The notes under the pieces were generated by a model. It made no database searches. It saw only the letters and a program-made list of their open reading frames with translations, and was not told where the DNA came from. 64,000 nucleotides of DNA, from NCBI GenBank assembly GCA_030390025.1, contig CM059427.1, positions 170,934,001 through 170,998,000 of the forward strand, written 5' to 3'. Source of the stretch: Squalus acanthias. Taxonomy: Eukaryota. The position numbers and the translations under genes are program-made. This document shows positions 1-11,856 of the stretch, piece after piece; position 1 is the stretch's first letter; the number at the start of each line of letters is the position of its first letter.

Positions 1-1235
1 TTTTGTAACAGCACAAATAGCTGAGTTGAGCTGAAAGGCAATACAATGTGGGTTGCATGCAAATTTGTTGCCTCTGCATGTGCACTAGAAGCAATTTAAA
101 ATTACTGTATCACAAGACAGTGCAGTGGTGCAGCTCATTACAGTCACAACATGTTGATAGATCCATTACATGATTTCCAATGCCAAACATGCTGGTGTGA
201 GATGGTATTTCGTGAAGAATAACGAGTCTTCACAGCAGAAGGAGGGAGGAAAAATAAAGATCTCGGAGGGAGCGTCATACCAGACTCTGAACTCGCATCC
301 TAAAAGCAGTATTGGATGAGAACTGGGAACAGGTCTCCTAGTTTTGGTTAAAAATGGCAAGTAGCCACAGGGACACTAATGAAATAGAGAAGTATGAGGA
401 AAGGAAAACTTTAAAAAGGATTCTCTTCTGCGATATAAGTCATCACATCATTAACCGATGACAACATATACGCCTAATATTTAAGCTGTTTAAACACTCA
501 AACTGCAGTTCATTGCAGATTTTCTGCTTGCCCACTCAACAAAAACTTGCTCTTTATATTACCATGAATATAATAAAACTTCCTGAAGTACTTCAAAGGT
601 GAAAATAACCAGACACTGAGCACTGATGTAAGGAGAATTGGGGTGGTGACTGAAGGTATAATCAAAGTGGTAAGTTTTCAAGCGGCTTCTGAACACAGGA
701 AGAGGGCTATCATATAGTAAAACATTTACTTTTCTATATCTATGAGATTTATGATTGAGTATCAAGCCGGATTTCTCCACAACATCTAATATTACCAGGA
801 ATTGCATTTGTAGTGTAGCCAAACCAGAATTTCATCCAAGAGGTATAATAACCAGAATGACATGAATAACATGCTGATGGCTTTAAATATCCCTTTTTTT
901 TTTACAAAAAAGACTTTAATCTGTTTCAGGGAGTAAACTATGTCAGTTTGGAAAAAATCTTCAAGAGATAATTGCTACATAGAAATAAAACCTGACAACT
1001 TATTTTAAACTGCCTAATGCAGGCTGACAATTCACTGGTTGATTTTGCAAGTAATTTTGTTTCCAAAGTATATCAAGATTAAGTGCTTCAGCGATAGCTG
1101 GCAAAACCCATTTAATTTGCATTTGGAAGAGTCAATTATAGTAGAATAATGTCATCAGAAAATAAAGGAGGAATAGTTCTATCTGAAAACATGAAAACGC
1201 TATAATTGCAATGATCAAAGTTCCACTCAATCTAC

Positions 1236-1388
1236 CTTTATAACTATGTGTCCTTTCCTGGTTCCACTACGATCCAGCTCTCTGTGCTCTTTCACCATTA
1301 CTATCTCCCCTTCCTCCTCCACTTTGTGGGTGTTCTTCTCCACTTGATTCAGAATCCGGCAGTAATCCTGCTGAGCTATACTTACAAA
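1236..1388 (-). CDS. RAPGEF6: RAPGEF6 internal coding exon (153 nt, phase 0-0): [51 protein letters not shown]; end of the cNMP-binding-homology domain and linker to REM
   Basis: Manual translation; acceptor ...cttgtgacag|TTT and donor AAG|gtagat; matches recalled RAPGEF2/6 sequence, with EKNTHKV and DRSGTRKG being RAPGEF6-type. Confidence 0.93.
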
Positions 1389-1784
1389 CTGTCACAAGAC
1401 AGGCAAAGAGACAGAAGAAAGTTGTTAGGTTAAGCACATTTTATAAATAAGAGCCAACTTTTCAAAAGACAGAGTCCCAAACATACATCCAGTTTTACAC
1501 TGGTATAACGAGTGACATTGAGGTTAAATTAGTTTAAAATATTTCTGCACAAGATACTCATATTTAATGAAATCTGGTATTTAAAGATACTGTTGTAAAA
1601 CTGCCTATCTTTTTCTTATTAAGTGGCACAATAGCGTGCAAGTGAAAACAACTATAACACAAGCAGACTTCTCATAAGTTTAATTCTGGTGGTTGTTGGA
1701 GCACCAAAAACATGAAGAAAATGGATGAGGAAAATCAAAAGATAAGTCATAGATTTCCTGTAACCTAGTGTATGCGCTAGCAAC

Positions 1785-1938
1785 TAATGTTCCCTCTAAT
1801 TTTTTTTGGGGTGTGCGGCCCTTTTTACGGGCTGCGCGGCACATTCAATTGTATGTGCATGCGCGTTTTTTCCATTCAAAAGCGGCTGTGCGGGACCTCC
1901 AGACCGCTACGCGGCCACGCAGCTTAACGGGAACATTG
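1785..1938. mobile_element. Non-autonomous hAT-type MITE (154 bp)
   Basis: TIRs taatgttccctctaa / ttaacgggaacattg; 8-bp TSD ctagcaac (1777-1784) and ctcgcaac (1939-1946); CpG-rich. Confidence 0.8.
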
Positions 1939-2179
1939 CTCGCAACCTTTCAGATCTCACAACGTAAAAATAGATAAAGTGCATCACTCTACGAAACAAA
2001 GTTACCTGCAAAGAGCATCACAAAACTTCTACTGATCACCCGGCTATACAATGATTAATAAGCATGAGGATCTTAAAAAAAAAAATCACCACTGTACACT
2101 GTAATACTATGTGAAAGTAAAAAAATATATTTCAATGTTCTTCCTTCCTCTCAAGATGTTGACTCATGCTGCTTAACAA

Positions 2180-2540
2180 CCATCAACAGAACCTCAAAGA
2201 AGTGGCCACTGTTCACAGGTGAACCTTGATAATGAATGTTGGCAGACTATTTGATTTTGGTGGGGCAAGATGATCACAGGCAATTCTGATTCTGTCCTCA
2301 CATACCCGTTTCAGCAGAGACACACTGGCCAATACTGTCCCCCACTACAGCCCACAGGCACCCGTTTCAGCAGAGACACACTGGCCAATACTGTCCCCCA
2401 CTACAGCCCACAGGCACTGAGGCTAACTACAGAGACCCATCACTACACTGGCTGAGCTAAGCTAACTCAGCACAGACCAGGCATCAAATCTGGGAGCTTC
2501 CATCTCTCTCGCATTGCTTGGTGCACGTACCCACTGAGGC
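2180..2540 (-). mobile_element. Old tRNA-headed SINE-like repeat (unnamed family B)
   Basis: Shares ctgtgctgagttagc and gacaggat...ctgtgatg motifs with copies near 8180, 18100, 30405, 41650, 49795, 52020 and 55075. Confidence 0.55.
2304..2417 (+). repeat. Perfect 56-bp tandem duplication
   Basis: acccgtttcagcagagacacactggccaatactgtcccccactacagcccacaggc x2. Confidence 0.95.
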
Positions 2541-3557
2541 ATCAGTATATCCACTGCTATGTGAGATTTAGAGAACAACCACAAACAGCTCAGGTACAAT
2601 CATCTTAACCCCGTGAATAGAATACTGCCTTGTAGTTAGAAGCAGTCAGGAGTATCTACAAAGTTTCACACTGACCATATCAAAATAAAATGTTATGAAA
2701 ACATACACTTTTACTCCTGAGTTTCAGAACTGCATCTTGTAAATAATACAAATATTAGATGCGGGTAGAAAATAGAAGATATAATGCTAGCAATTGAAGA
2801 TAGTGATCTGAGTGTGCACTATGACACAAATAGACAAAAAGCCTACATTTTTCTCTGATCTGGGCTGAGCCGCATACGAATGCAAACTCACCAGAAAACA
2901 GACTTATCCTGTTATAAAGGAAATGTGAACAGGGGCAGCTCAGATTATATCTTATAACACCGGAATAAAGAAATCAGCAAGACCAGATTGGTTAGTGCAG
3001 ACTTACTGACTACTTGCTGTTAACAGTTGGAGTAAACAAATCTTAGAGAGAATGGAGGTGTGTTTACATTTATATACTTTTACTTAGTGTCATCTATCCT
3101 ATATTTTTCTACGGTATATTGTGATCATAAAATTTGGATGTTCTCCTAATCCTCCTCCTAGCTCCAGTGCTATCCTCCTCACTCTCTAGGTTATTTTGTC
3201 TACCTCTCAGAGAATTCCATGAACACTGGTGAAATTTGCTGTCTTTGGGAGGGAGTTGGGGGGGGGGGGGGGGGGGGGGGGAAGAAGAAATCAAACAGAA
3301 AGTACCAACCTTGACTGGTATGCAAATTCTCATCGTTTAGTCAGGTACCTGGCACTAACTGCAGCTATTGACTGCCAACATGCACACATTACCAGTGTCA
3401 AGAGCCCAGCTGCCTTCAAGGAGATGGTCTAATTATTTCATTTATGTTCTCAGTTGCCCAGGAAATAGTCATCACTACAAACCCTCCAAGTGTGGCTAAA
3501 TTAGAAATTCTCTTGTTAAATTGCAATAATCAAAGTGCTCTTGAATCATGTCCTTAC

Positions 3558-3716
3558 CTGACAATCATCTGCTTTGGTCTTAACAATTCCGTTCATATAT
3601 TGTTTCTCCAAGGAAGGAGAAATACCAAAACTGTTTCCCATGCAAAGTATTTCAGCTCTTCCATGCGAGTCGGTAATTTCCACTGAGCCATTTAGAATAA
3701 CATACCAGGACTCCAG
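3558..3716 (-). CDS. RAPGEF6: RAPGEF6 internal coding exon (159 nt, phase 0-0): [53 protein letters not shown]
   Basis: Within ORF 3546..3779(-); acceptor ttctttacttccag|CTG and donor CAG|gtaagg; cNMP-domain beta-barrel motif SWYVILNG...MGNSFG. Confidence 0.94.
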
Positions 3717-5483
3717 CTGGAAGTAAAGAAAAATGGAATTTGAGTAAAAACTGCTATTTAAGATGTATGCACAAGTCACTCTGTTTTCTTACAAAATCAT
3801 AAATTTAAAAGCTTCAAATATTCCAGGACTCTTTCCTCAGCTACAATACCCATGACAAACAAATATGGACAGCAAGAGAGAGATTTCTGCTCTGTTATTA
3901 ATAGTAATGTCATAAACATTCCCTTTTTCCACATATTTACAATTTTGCTAATGAACAGAATCCCTCCCCATAAAGTAATTTGAGAAAGACACGCACTGAA
4001 AATTGCCTGTGTCATAAACTGGTGGCTTTTAATTGTGTTAATTGCCCTACCAAAAAATGTATGAGCTTGGATCAATTACTATTAGCAGACTGAAACCAGC
4101 ACAGCCAAGTGTGGAGAAAACTTGGCAATGTAAACACCATTCTCATTTTCCAAAAGAGGGAGTCTCAACGTCAACATCTTTGTTAAAAGAAAATAGTCAA
4201 GATAATTATAATACACTCAGAGAGTGAGAGATGTCTATGAATTGCTGTTGTGTGCTTCCCAGCAGCCAGTTTTAAAGTAACCTACTGGGAGTTGGCTGCC
4301 TGCCTTGTACTCAGTAGATGATGCTTGGACCAGGAAGATTGATAAGAATAGCTAAGAGGAGTTTTACCTTCCTAGTTTCAAGGAATAACAGAAAGATGAC
4401 AATGGGGGTTTTCAGCAGAGTCACTGACTTAACTGTGAGGAGGCTGAACTAACTTGCATTGAAACAAGGTTAATGAAACACTTTAGGTTGGCAGCATCTT
4501 CAGCTGCCTCATAATGTTATTCTGTCATTGTCCAGTAACTGTTCCCAGTCAGTTCAATATGTTTTCAAACTAAGCTTTCATACCTATACATACAAAAAAA
4601 TTAAAACTGGAAATAAAAGTTATGCTTAAGTTATTTAGATGGGGTTCTGACAGAAAATCTCCTGCTTTTAGAGCATCATACCGCAATAAAAACATATGCC
4701 TGCTTTGCAATACAAGCCTCAGGTTTTGTCTGATATCAGGGTCAGCCTTTAATGTGTTTTGCTAGCCTTTAGCTCTGAATTTAATGCGATGTCAACCTGG
4801 CGAAAAAATGGGAAACCGGATTTGAAAAGGCCAGAAGGTGTGCAGTAGTATCGGAGAGCAATACCCAGAGGGAGCCCCGAGTACAACTGGAAAGAGAGCA
4901 TAAGGGATACTGCAATATAATTCTTACAATTGCTTTTAAAAACAAAATACTTCCATTATTTATTTAGGATGGGAGAGTGAAGCACTCTTGTACACATGGT
5001 CATTTGTTTACAAACAGCAAAGCTCTTTCAATAACATTCATTTAAATATTTCCAATAGTTTGATATTTATTATCAACAATTCTTCCATTAGTGGGCAGTA
5101 CCATGGATCACAGGGTTCAAGTTTGATACCTCCACTTCACAAAGCTCCTAATCTCAGCTCCACTGCTGAGAATTGGAGGCCAAGCCTGTCCCATAGGGGG
5201 ATAGAACAAATCAGAGGGAACAATCATAAGTCGACTGCTCTCATGCAGCTACCGCTTGGCTCAGCTGTGTTATCGGAAGCTTGGGAAAAGATTGCCATCC
5301 TCTTGGCCACAGTCCGTCTGTAGCCAGGGAAGCAGACAAGGATTAGGAAGAGAATCGAGGGATTGCAAACCTTCAAATGGAAACAAATGAATTCTTCCTT
5401 CAGATAAAATGGAAATAATTTGATTTAGTGAAGTTTCCATGAACTATAAATATAAAAAGTACACAGCTGATTGCAGTGTTTAC

Positions 5484-5620
5484 CTCTTTTCCATCGTCAG
5501 TTATTATTGCTCCGGCATGTTCCACTACTTCAAATATCATGACTGAGCACAGTTCTCGCCTGACAAACATGGTCATGTTGGCAAAAGCAGGGAGCTGATG
5601 CATGAACTCCAGCAATTGTT
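5484..5620 (-). CDS. RAPGEF6: RAPGEF6 internal coding exon (137 nt, phase 1-0): (E)[45 protein letters not shown]
   Basis: Within ORF 5400..5642(-); acceptor cactttgcag|AA and donor GAG|gtaaac; [10 protein letters not shown] is RAPGEF6-type. Confidence 0.94.
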
Positions 5621-6554
5621 CTGCAAAGTGACACACACACATTTAGCCTGGGCTACAGTGACACACATTTCCAAAGAACCACCACCAGGTACAGTATATA
5701 TAATCACGTCAGGAACTCTCAGTAGTGTCTGTTGCATTTACAGTGGGAGCGCTGAGAAAACTCAGGTACTTTTACATTGACAGTTTCCCCACTGGAGAGT
5801 GAACACCATGTGCCATTGTCCACTATTTACTTTTCAGTTGGTGGTCGTTTGTCTCAGGCTCTAATGTATAGCCTGGATACCAAAGTAGCATATACACAGT
5901 GCATCCAGGGGAACCGATTCCCCATGTTTACTTTACTGAAACTAACTCACTTAATCTGACAACATATTTATAGACTCAAATTTTTATGGCTCTCAGATAT
6001 CATTGGTTCGCTGAACATCTAAGCCATTGTACTATGGAGTGCAGCCAATAGATGGAGATTCGCGTGCATGCTGTTGGCTGCAGTCCTGTGATATAAAGGC
6101 ACTTTCAAATTCCAGTGTGAAATAAATCCACCACAGATTTAAAAACTTCCCATTTAAACTGTGCCAAACTATTTCATTCTACTATAAAAATGTTAATTCA
6201 CGCTTTACAAAAAAAAGAACTGGATATTTGGTTTAAGACTAGGATCGAGGATCTTTTATCAAAAATTCGGAGAGACACAAATGACTGCTGTGCAGAACAC
6301 AATGGCCCGGATTTTGCGCTCTTGACGGCGTATGCATACTCTCTCTTGAAAAAACTACAAAAGAAAATTTAAAAAAAGCCAAGGATGAGAAAAAGCTACG
6401 AACACACACCTCAGCAGCTATGGAGTCAGTAATAATTTTAAACAGGTATCAGTGCAGTCTGAACCCTTTCTAATGCAACACTAAATAACAAGCCCTTCAA
6501 CACTGCTGTTTCACAGAAAATGGACGTGCGTTGTGACTGTGCATTTTTTAAATT

Positions 6555-6812
6555 TTTGTTCTTGGGATGTAGGCAACACTGGCAAGGCAGCATTTAGTTG
6601 GGCTTCTCCTTGAGCCACTGCAGTACTTGTGGTGATGGTGCTCCCACAATAGTGTTAGGTTGAGTCCATTGGCAGGGGCGAACTGCTGTATTCTGGATGG
6701 CGTCGAGCTTCTCGAGTGTTGTAGCCACTGCAGGCGAGTGGTGAGTATGCTATCATACTCTTGACTTGAGCCCTGTAGATGGTCGAGAGGCTTTGAGGGG
6801 CAGGAGGTGAGC
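6555..6812 (-). mobile_element. Degenerate LINE 3' fragment (CR1/L2 superclade)
   Basis: gggatgtaggcaacactggcaaggcagcattt... resembles the reverse complement of a common shark LINE 3' end. Confidence 0.5.
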
Positions 6813-8027
6813 TAGTATTAGCAGTTAATCATAATAGATTTGATTTTGCAATCTTTACAGGGTTTTACGCACAGTCTCACCCTGGTGATTTCGTCAGCCG
6901 TGCACCCTAATATGAAAGTGATATGCAAAATTTAGATTATTCGTCCCAGGTAACATGTACAATACACTTTGTGGACCAGTGATTTATTCAAAAATAAACT
7001 GAAACTCTTACTTTGATATAGATTAAACATAGCTGGCACTGGTCCCCTGTATTGGCAGTTGTTGAAACATTTATATCTTGATGTACACCCCTAATTCCTG
7101 AGTTCCATATTGAATACCATTTTCTCTTCAGAAAAATTAACAGACTGGGTGGTGTAGGAAGTCAGCACATGGTCACCTACAAGTCCCATTTTTTTTGCAT
7201 TCAGTCCAGACTGCTGGGACAAATTTTTCCTCTGTATTAGCCATAAGGGGCTTAAATGAAATGAGCATGGCTCAGTCTCAACCCTAATGATTCCATGTAC
7301 CTTGGAGCGTTTGATGCTAACACTGAGTACCAAAAGTGAAAGTACTGATATCCTTCTTGATAAGCACAAAAATTGATCTCAAAATTGAAAATGATAGACA
7401 CCGACACTTTCACAATGTGGCAGAAAAATATTACTGTAATCCTCAAAGGAAGAAGCAGCATCCACACTAGCTTAAAACTTCAAATGTAAAAGCAATTACA
7501 ATGAATGAATCAGTCTGGATTGAAAAGTCATAAACATTTAACGTTAAGGTTAAAATTTGTTTATTTCTGTGCAGCCCAGCTGTGCTGAACAGGTGCTGGA
7601 AATGGAAACTGCCTGCAGCTCTGTCACAATTTAAGCCAGTCCTCCAACTATTGTACCTCCTTGTTCAGAAGAGAACACATTACTAAAGGCTATACATCTC
7701 AGTGTAAGGCTTTAATAAAGGTTATGCAGCATATACAATTTGAAACATTAAGTCCAGTATAAGCTATGCTTTCAGCAGGAACTTCTTGTCCATTTTCCAG
7801 TCTCCATTTCGGGTTAAGGCCCAACTATTGACAAATTACTTGTTTGGAAGAATGAAAAGTAATCTTATTTCTTTAAGGTTTAATAAATATTCAAATAAGA
7901 AGACTGAACCCAAAGCTTGCAGCAGAAAATCTTTCATCTCTTCCTTGCAATTTTCACCTTTCCTCTTCTAAAATTTCTAACTCTTGCTGGGATATGGCTC
8001 CACATGTTCTCACAGCTGTCAGTACAT

Positions 8028-8178
8028 AAATAGATTTTTGGACTCGAGGGGAATCAAGGGATATGGGGATCAGGCAGGAAAGTGGAGTTGAGATTGAAGA
8101 TCAGCCATGATCTTATTGAATGGCAGAGCAGGCTCGAGGGGCCGTATGGCCTACTCCTGCTCCTAATTCTTATGTTCA
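8028..8178 (+). mobile_element. CR1 (HER1-like) LINE 3' end
   Basis: aagggatatgggg...gggccgtatggcctactcctgctcctaattcttatg tail shared with other CR1 copies in the window. Confidence 0.85.
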
Positions 8179-8179
8179 C

Positions 8180-8492
8180 ACTAATGTGGCCATTTGTTGT
8201 GTGTGAATCCAGATGGTAAGCAGCAACGACTAATTGACCCATCCATTAACACAGCCAAGCACAATCATTTCCTTAGTCAACGTGCACTTTGTAGCAGGGA
8301 TTCTGCATAGCAATAAGGAGCAGGATTTTTGCACTTCGAGACTGGGGGATGCTGAGGTTATTTACATCACCCCCGACCACTAGCTCAGCTGAGATCAACA
8401 AACTCGGCACAAAGCAGGGATCAAACCTGGGACCTTCCTGATTTGTATGGCACAGGACCACACTGGACAATGTACCTACCAACTGAACCATA
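8180..8492 (-). mobile_element. Old SINE-like family B copy
   Basis: Same internal motifs and tRNA-like head as other family B copies. Confidence 0.5.
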
Positions 8493-8990
8493 GAGCACTT
8501 CTGGATTGCTTTCTAAAATTATGGCTGTTTCTCTCGATGAGAATTTGAGAACTAATTTTCCTGTTTTCTGTGTGCATTATTCATTAAAAATAATTAACAG
8601 CACACATCCTGATTGTGACACAGCATTAACTACTGGTAATTGAGAAACTGTGGTGCTTCAAAAGCATCAATTTGCTTTCAAAAATTGAGAGTTTGCACAG
8701 GATTTTTTTTGTTGAAAAAAATAAATCGTTCAGTAGTTTTGGATAAAAAAGCGCTTTTGTAGAATTTGTTAAGCTAAATTTCAAAACAAAGGGTTTCTAG
8801 GTAACACTGTAGTCGTCAGTGCTCAAATTGGACCATCTCTGGTCACAGGTTTGTGTTTAAGCAGATGCCAATACTCTAGCCAGCTTATAAATCATGATGG
8901 CAATTATAATCAAATCACATGTTCCAGGCGTTGCGGGAGAATGTCCGTTGTCCAGTTGCAGTTGCACACATGTGCAAATAATCCTGAAAG

Positions 8991-8992
<2 letters not shown>

Positions 8993-9022
<30 letters not shown>
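8993..9022 (+). repeat. (GA)n microsatellite followed by a G-rich tract
   Basis: Seen directly. Confidence 0.95.
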
Positions 9023-9028
<6 letters not shown>

Positions 9029-9389
9029 GGGGTTAGGGGAGGGAGGGGGCGGGGAGAGCAGGGAAAGGGGAGTGAAGCTGACATAGTACTGTCCATTTTA
9101 AGTGACAGTACAGCTGGATTCTTAAGATATGAAACGGACAGCCAAGCAAACAAATTCTGAGAACCTCACCTCAGCAGGATCTGAAACTGAGCTCATGAAA
9201 AGTCACTTGTGGGTACAAGGGCAAATGCAGTACCGGACTTAGTGAAGCCTTTGGATTAGGATTGCCGAATGTGGCATCCAGGGGAAAAATCCCTATTTTT
9301 AACTTTTCGACTGAGTCTTAAAATGTTTTGGGAAGCCACAGACGAGTGGGCAGTAGACACAATTTCTCTCTTTCTACAGATAGATGGAA

Positions 9390-9880
9390 AAACTTGAATT
9401 TAATCTAGCACCTTTCACATCCTCAGGAAGTCCCAAAGCACTTCTCAGTAAATTAAGTACTTTGAAGTGTAGTCGCTGTTGTAAGGTAAGTAAACACAGC
9501 AGCCAATTTGCTCAAAGCACCACAAAGCCCACAAAGATCAAATAGTCTGTTTTGGTGGTGTTGGTTGAGGGATAAAGGTTGGTCAGGATACTGAGAGAAT
9601 GCTCCTGCTCTTCTTCAAATAGTGCCATGGGACCTTTTACATCCAACTGGGAGGGCAGACAAGGCCTCAGTTGTTACTCTCAGGTGGATGTAAAAGGTCC
9701 CACGGCACTATTTGAAGAAGAGCAGGAGAATCTCATTCGAAAGATGTACTCTGACAGTGCAGCACTCTTTCAGTACTACATTGAACGTCGGCCTAGATTA
9801 TGTGCTTAATTCTCTGGAGTGGGGCTTGAACCAAAGACCTTCTGACTCAGAGGCAAGAGTGCTGCCACTGAGCCAAATCT
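9390..9880 (-). mobile_element. Deu-domain tRNA SINE (SacSINE1-like) with internal inverted duplication
   Basis: Collinear with copies at 31354 and 34015; Deu core ctctcaggtggatgtaaaag.tccca.ggcactatttgaagaagagcagg. Confidence 0.85.
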
Positions 9881-10003
9881 GAGGCTTGTAAATGTTTGAA
9901 ATTAAGAGGCATTGGGAAACTAAAAAGGTAAAATACTACAAGTAAAATCTTTATAAGTACATAAATAGGTTTTAAAAGGAGTAAGATATTTTAAAAATCC
10001 GCT

Positions 10004-10125
10004 AATGCTGGAAATCTGTAATAAAGACAAAAACAAGTTGGAAATACACATCGGGTCAGTCAACATTCATTAACTTTTAAAGACAGGTTAATGTTTCTGG
10101 TGTATACCCTGTATCAGAACTGATA
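10004..10125 (-). mobile_element. Penelope-like element terminal-repeat remnant with decayed hammerhead core
   Basis: atgctggaaatctg...gttaatgtttctgg...atcagaactg pattern typical of chondrichthyan PLE ends. Confidence 0.55.
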
Positions 10126-10427
10126 ACTAAAAGTAAGGCTTTAGTAAGGTTTGAAAAAAAGAGAGGAAAACATCAAATACTGCAACAAAGAGATGGAGCT
10201 AGGAGGTTGAATGATCTGCAAACTGCTTAATAGAAGATCGCTAGATGATAGAAACAACCAGTGAAACAATGGAAAGACGTTAAAAGAACATGCAAATATC
10301 TAAGAGGTTGAAAAGACATGGAAGAGAACACAAAAAGATGAGAAAATAGGAAAACCGAAGGGGAGAAAAAATTGGAGAAAAAGCTGATAATGCAGGAGGT
10401 CTGAAATGAATGCTAACAAGACACAGT

Positions 10428-10952
10428 GGGGCTAATTTTCACTTGAGAAAATTTGCATTAACAGGGTGGCAAGGGCCTAAAAACAGGGGTCGGTAGCCCT
10501 GACGATCAGCTTGCTGTAATTTTCACAGAGGCCTACTGCTGGTCGGCTGAAGTACCTGCCTGCAAAAACCAGTAGGCCTCTTTCTGATGTAAATCGAGGT
10601 CCTAATGACGTAATTAGGACCCCCAATTGCAATTGTTGGGGGCACATGCTTGGAGCTTGCGACGCAAACACTCCACCAATGTGTACTGGCATTCCGATCA
10701 GGAAACAGCCAGAAAAATATTAATTCTTTTAGTGGAACTGTAAGGAGCACTCCTCCTCGTTCCACAAAAATACTTTGTGCTGTTGCTGGCCCGGCCTCGG
10801 TATCACCTTCTCCCACCTCCTCTGAGCAACTATCTGCGGGCCTCTGCCGGTGTCCCAGTGGACCAACATTCCTGAGGCCCAAGTGCGGTGAGGTGCATCA
10901 CGTTTGGCCAGTGCGCTATGCCAGCCGTCACCCAAAAGTCAAAAATCAACCC
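10428..10952. mobile_element. Degenerate TIR element (Harbinger-like MITE)
   Basis: Imperfect TIRs gggctaattttcactt / aagtcaaaaatcaaccc; GC/CpG-rich interior. Confidence 0.5.
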
Positions 10953-11675
10953 AAGGGGTCTACCAGTCCCAAAAAGAGGAAAAAAAGTCAGCGTTAAGGC
11001 ACAGGTGCCTACATCCCCCTACCAGCATTGTGTTCTGACAATGGATTAACACCTGAAATATTGACCTGCCTCTCATCTCTCTAGACACTGACCTATCCAC
11101 CGACATTACCAACACCCTTTACCGTAAAGAAAATGGAGCATATAGCTGAAGTCTCAAGTTACTAAAGTCAATATTCAGATCAGGCTGAAGAGTGCCCAGA
11201 ATAAAAGCTAAGACACTTGTTCCTATTGCTTGCATCGGGGCTGGAACAGTGCAAGATGCCAACATAGAAAGGTCAGCCTGGAGTGTTTGGACTCGAGGGA
11301 AACGCAGAGGGTTCCCAAGATCATCAAATTTCATCTGTGTATAATCAAAAGTCCCCATATTTGTTAACGCACTAGCACGTTATCTCTGTTGCAATATGTG
11401 AATAAACTAGAACCAGAAAATCATGAAAGCTAAATTGCTACGAAGCCAACTACTTGGGTGGGCTCACTTGAAATAACATAGGCAGATTCAGCATGATTCA
11501 ACCACTCTATTTTAGGATTTCTGTGGCAAGTTTAGACTGTTATGAACTTAAATTCAGCACAATCCTAATGTAAATAGGGCATTAGCCAGGCAAAAGTGCA
11601 TGAAAACGGGAATGGAAATGAGGGTGGTTGGAAATGGAAGATAGTAGAGATAAATATAATTTCCCTAAATCGTAC

Positions 11676-11856
11676 CAATGTCATCATCAGTTCGGTCCAC
11701 TGGATCCTTCTCCAGACACTCCCTAACAACATCCCTGCCCATCAATGGATCAGATGCTCGGTCAATGTCCTCTTCATCTTCTTCCTCTTCTTCAGAGTCT
11801 ACTGCTGTTTCCGGAAGACCAGTAAGATCCACATCCCCCATTTCACTCTCTGTAGC
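11676..11856 (-). CDS. RAPGEF6: RAPGEF6 internal coding exon (181 nt, phase 0-1): [60 protein letters not shown]
   Basis: Manual translation (absent from ORF track); acceptor tttctttctacag|GCT and donor ATTG|gtacga; phase joins 5484-5620 to give DDIEQLLEF. Confidence 0.93.

Noticed and set aside
3258-3281. Poly-G run (also ~30733 and ~62636; poly-C ~26487) as functional G4
   Set aside because: Simple homopolymers of uncertain length with no supporting context
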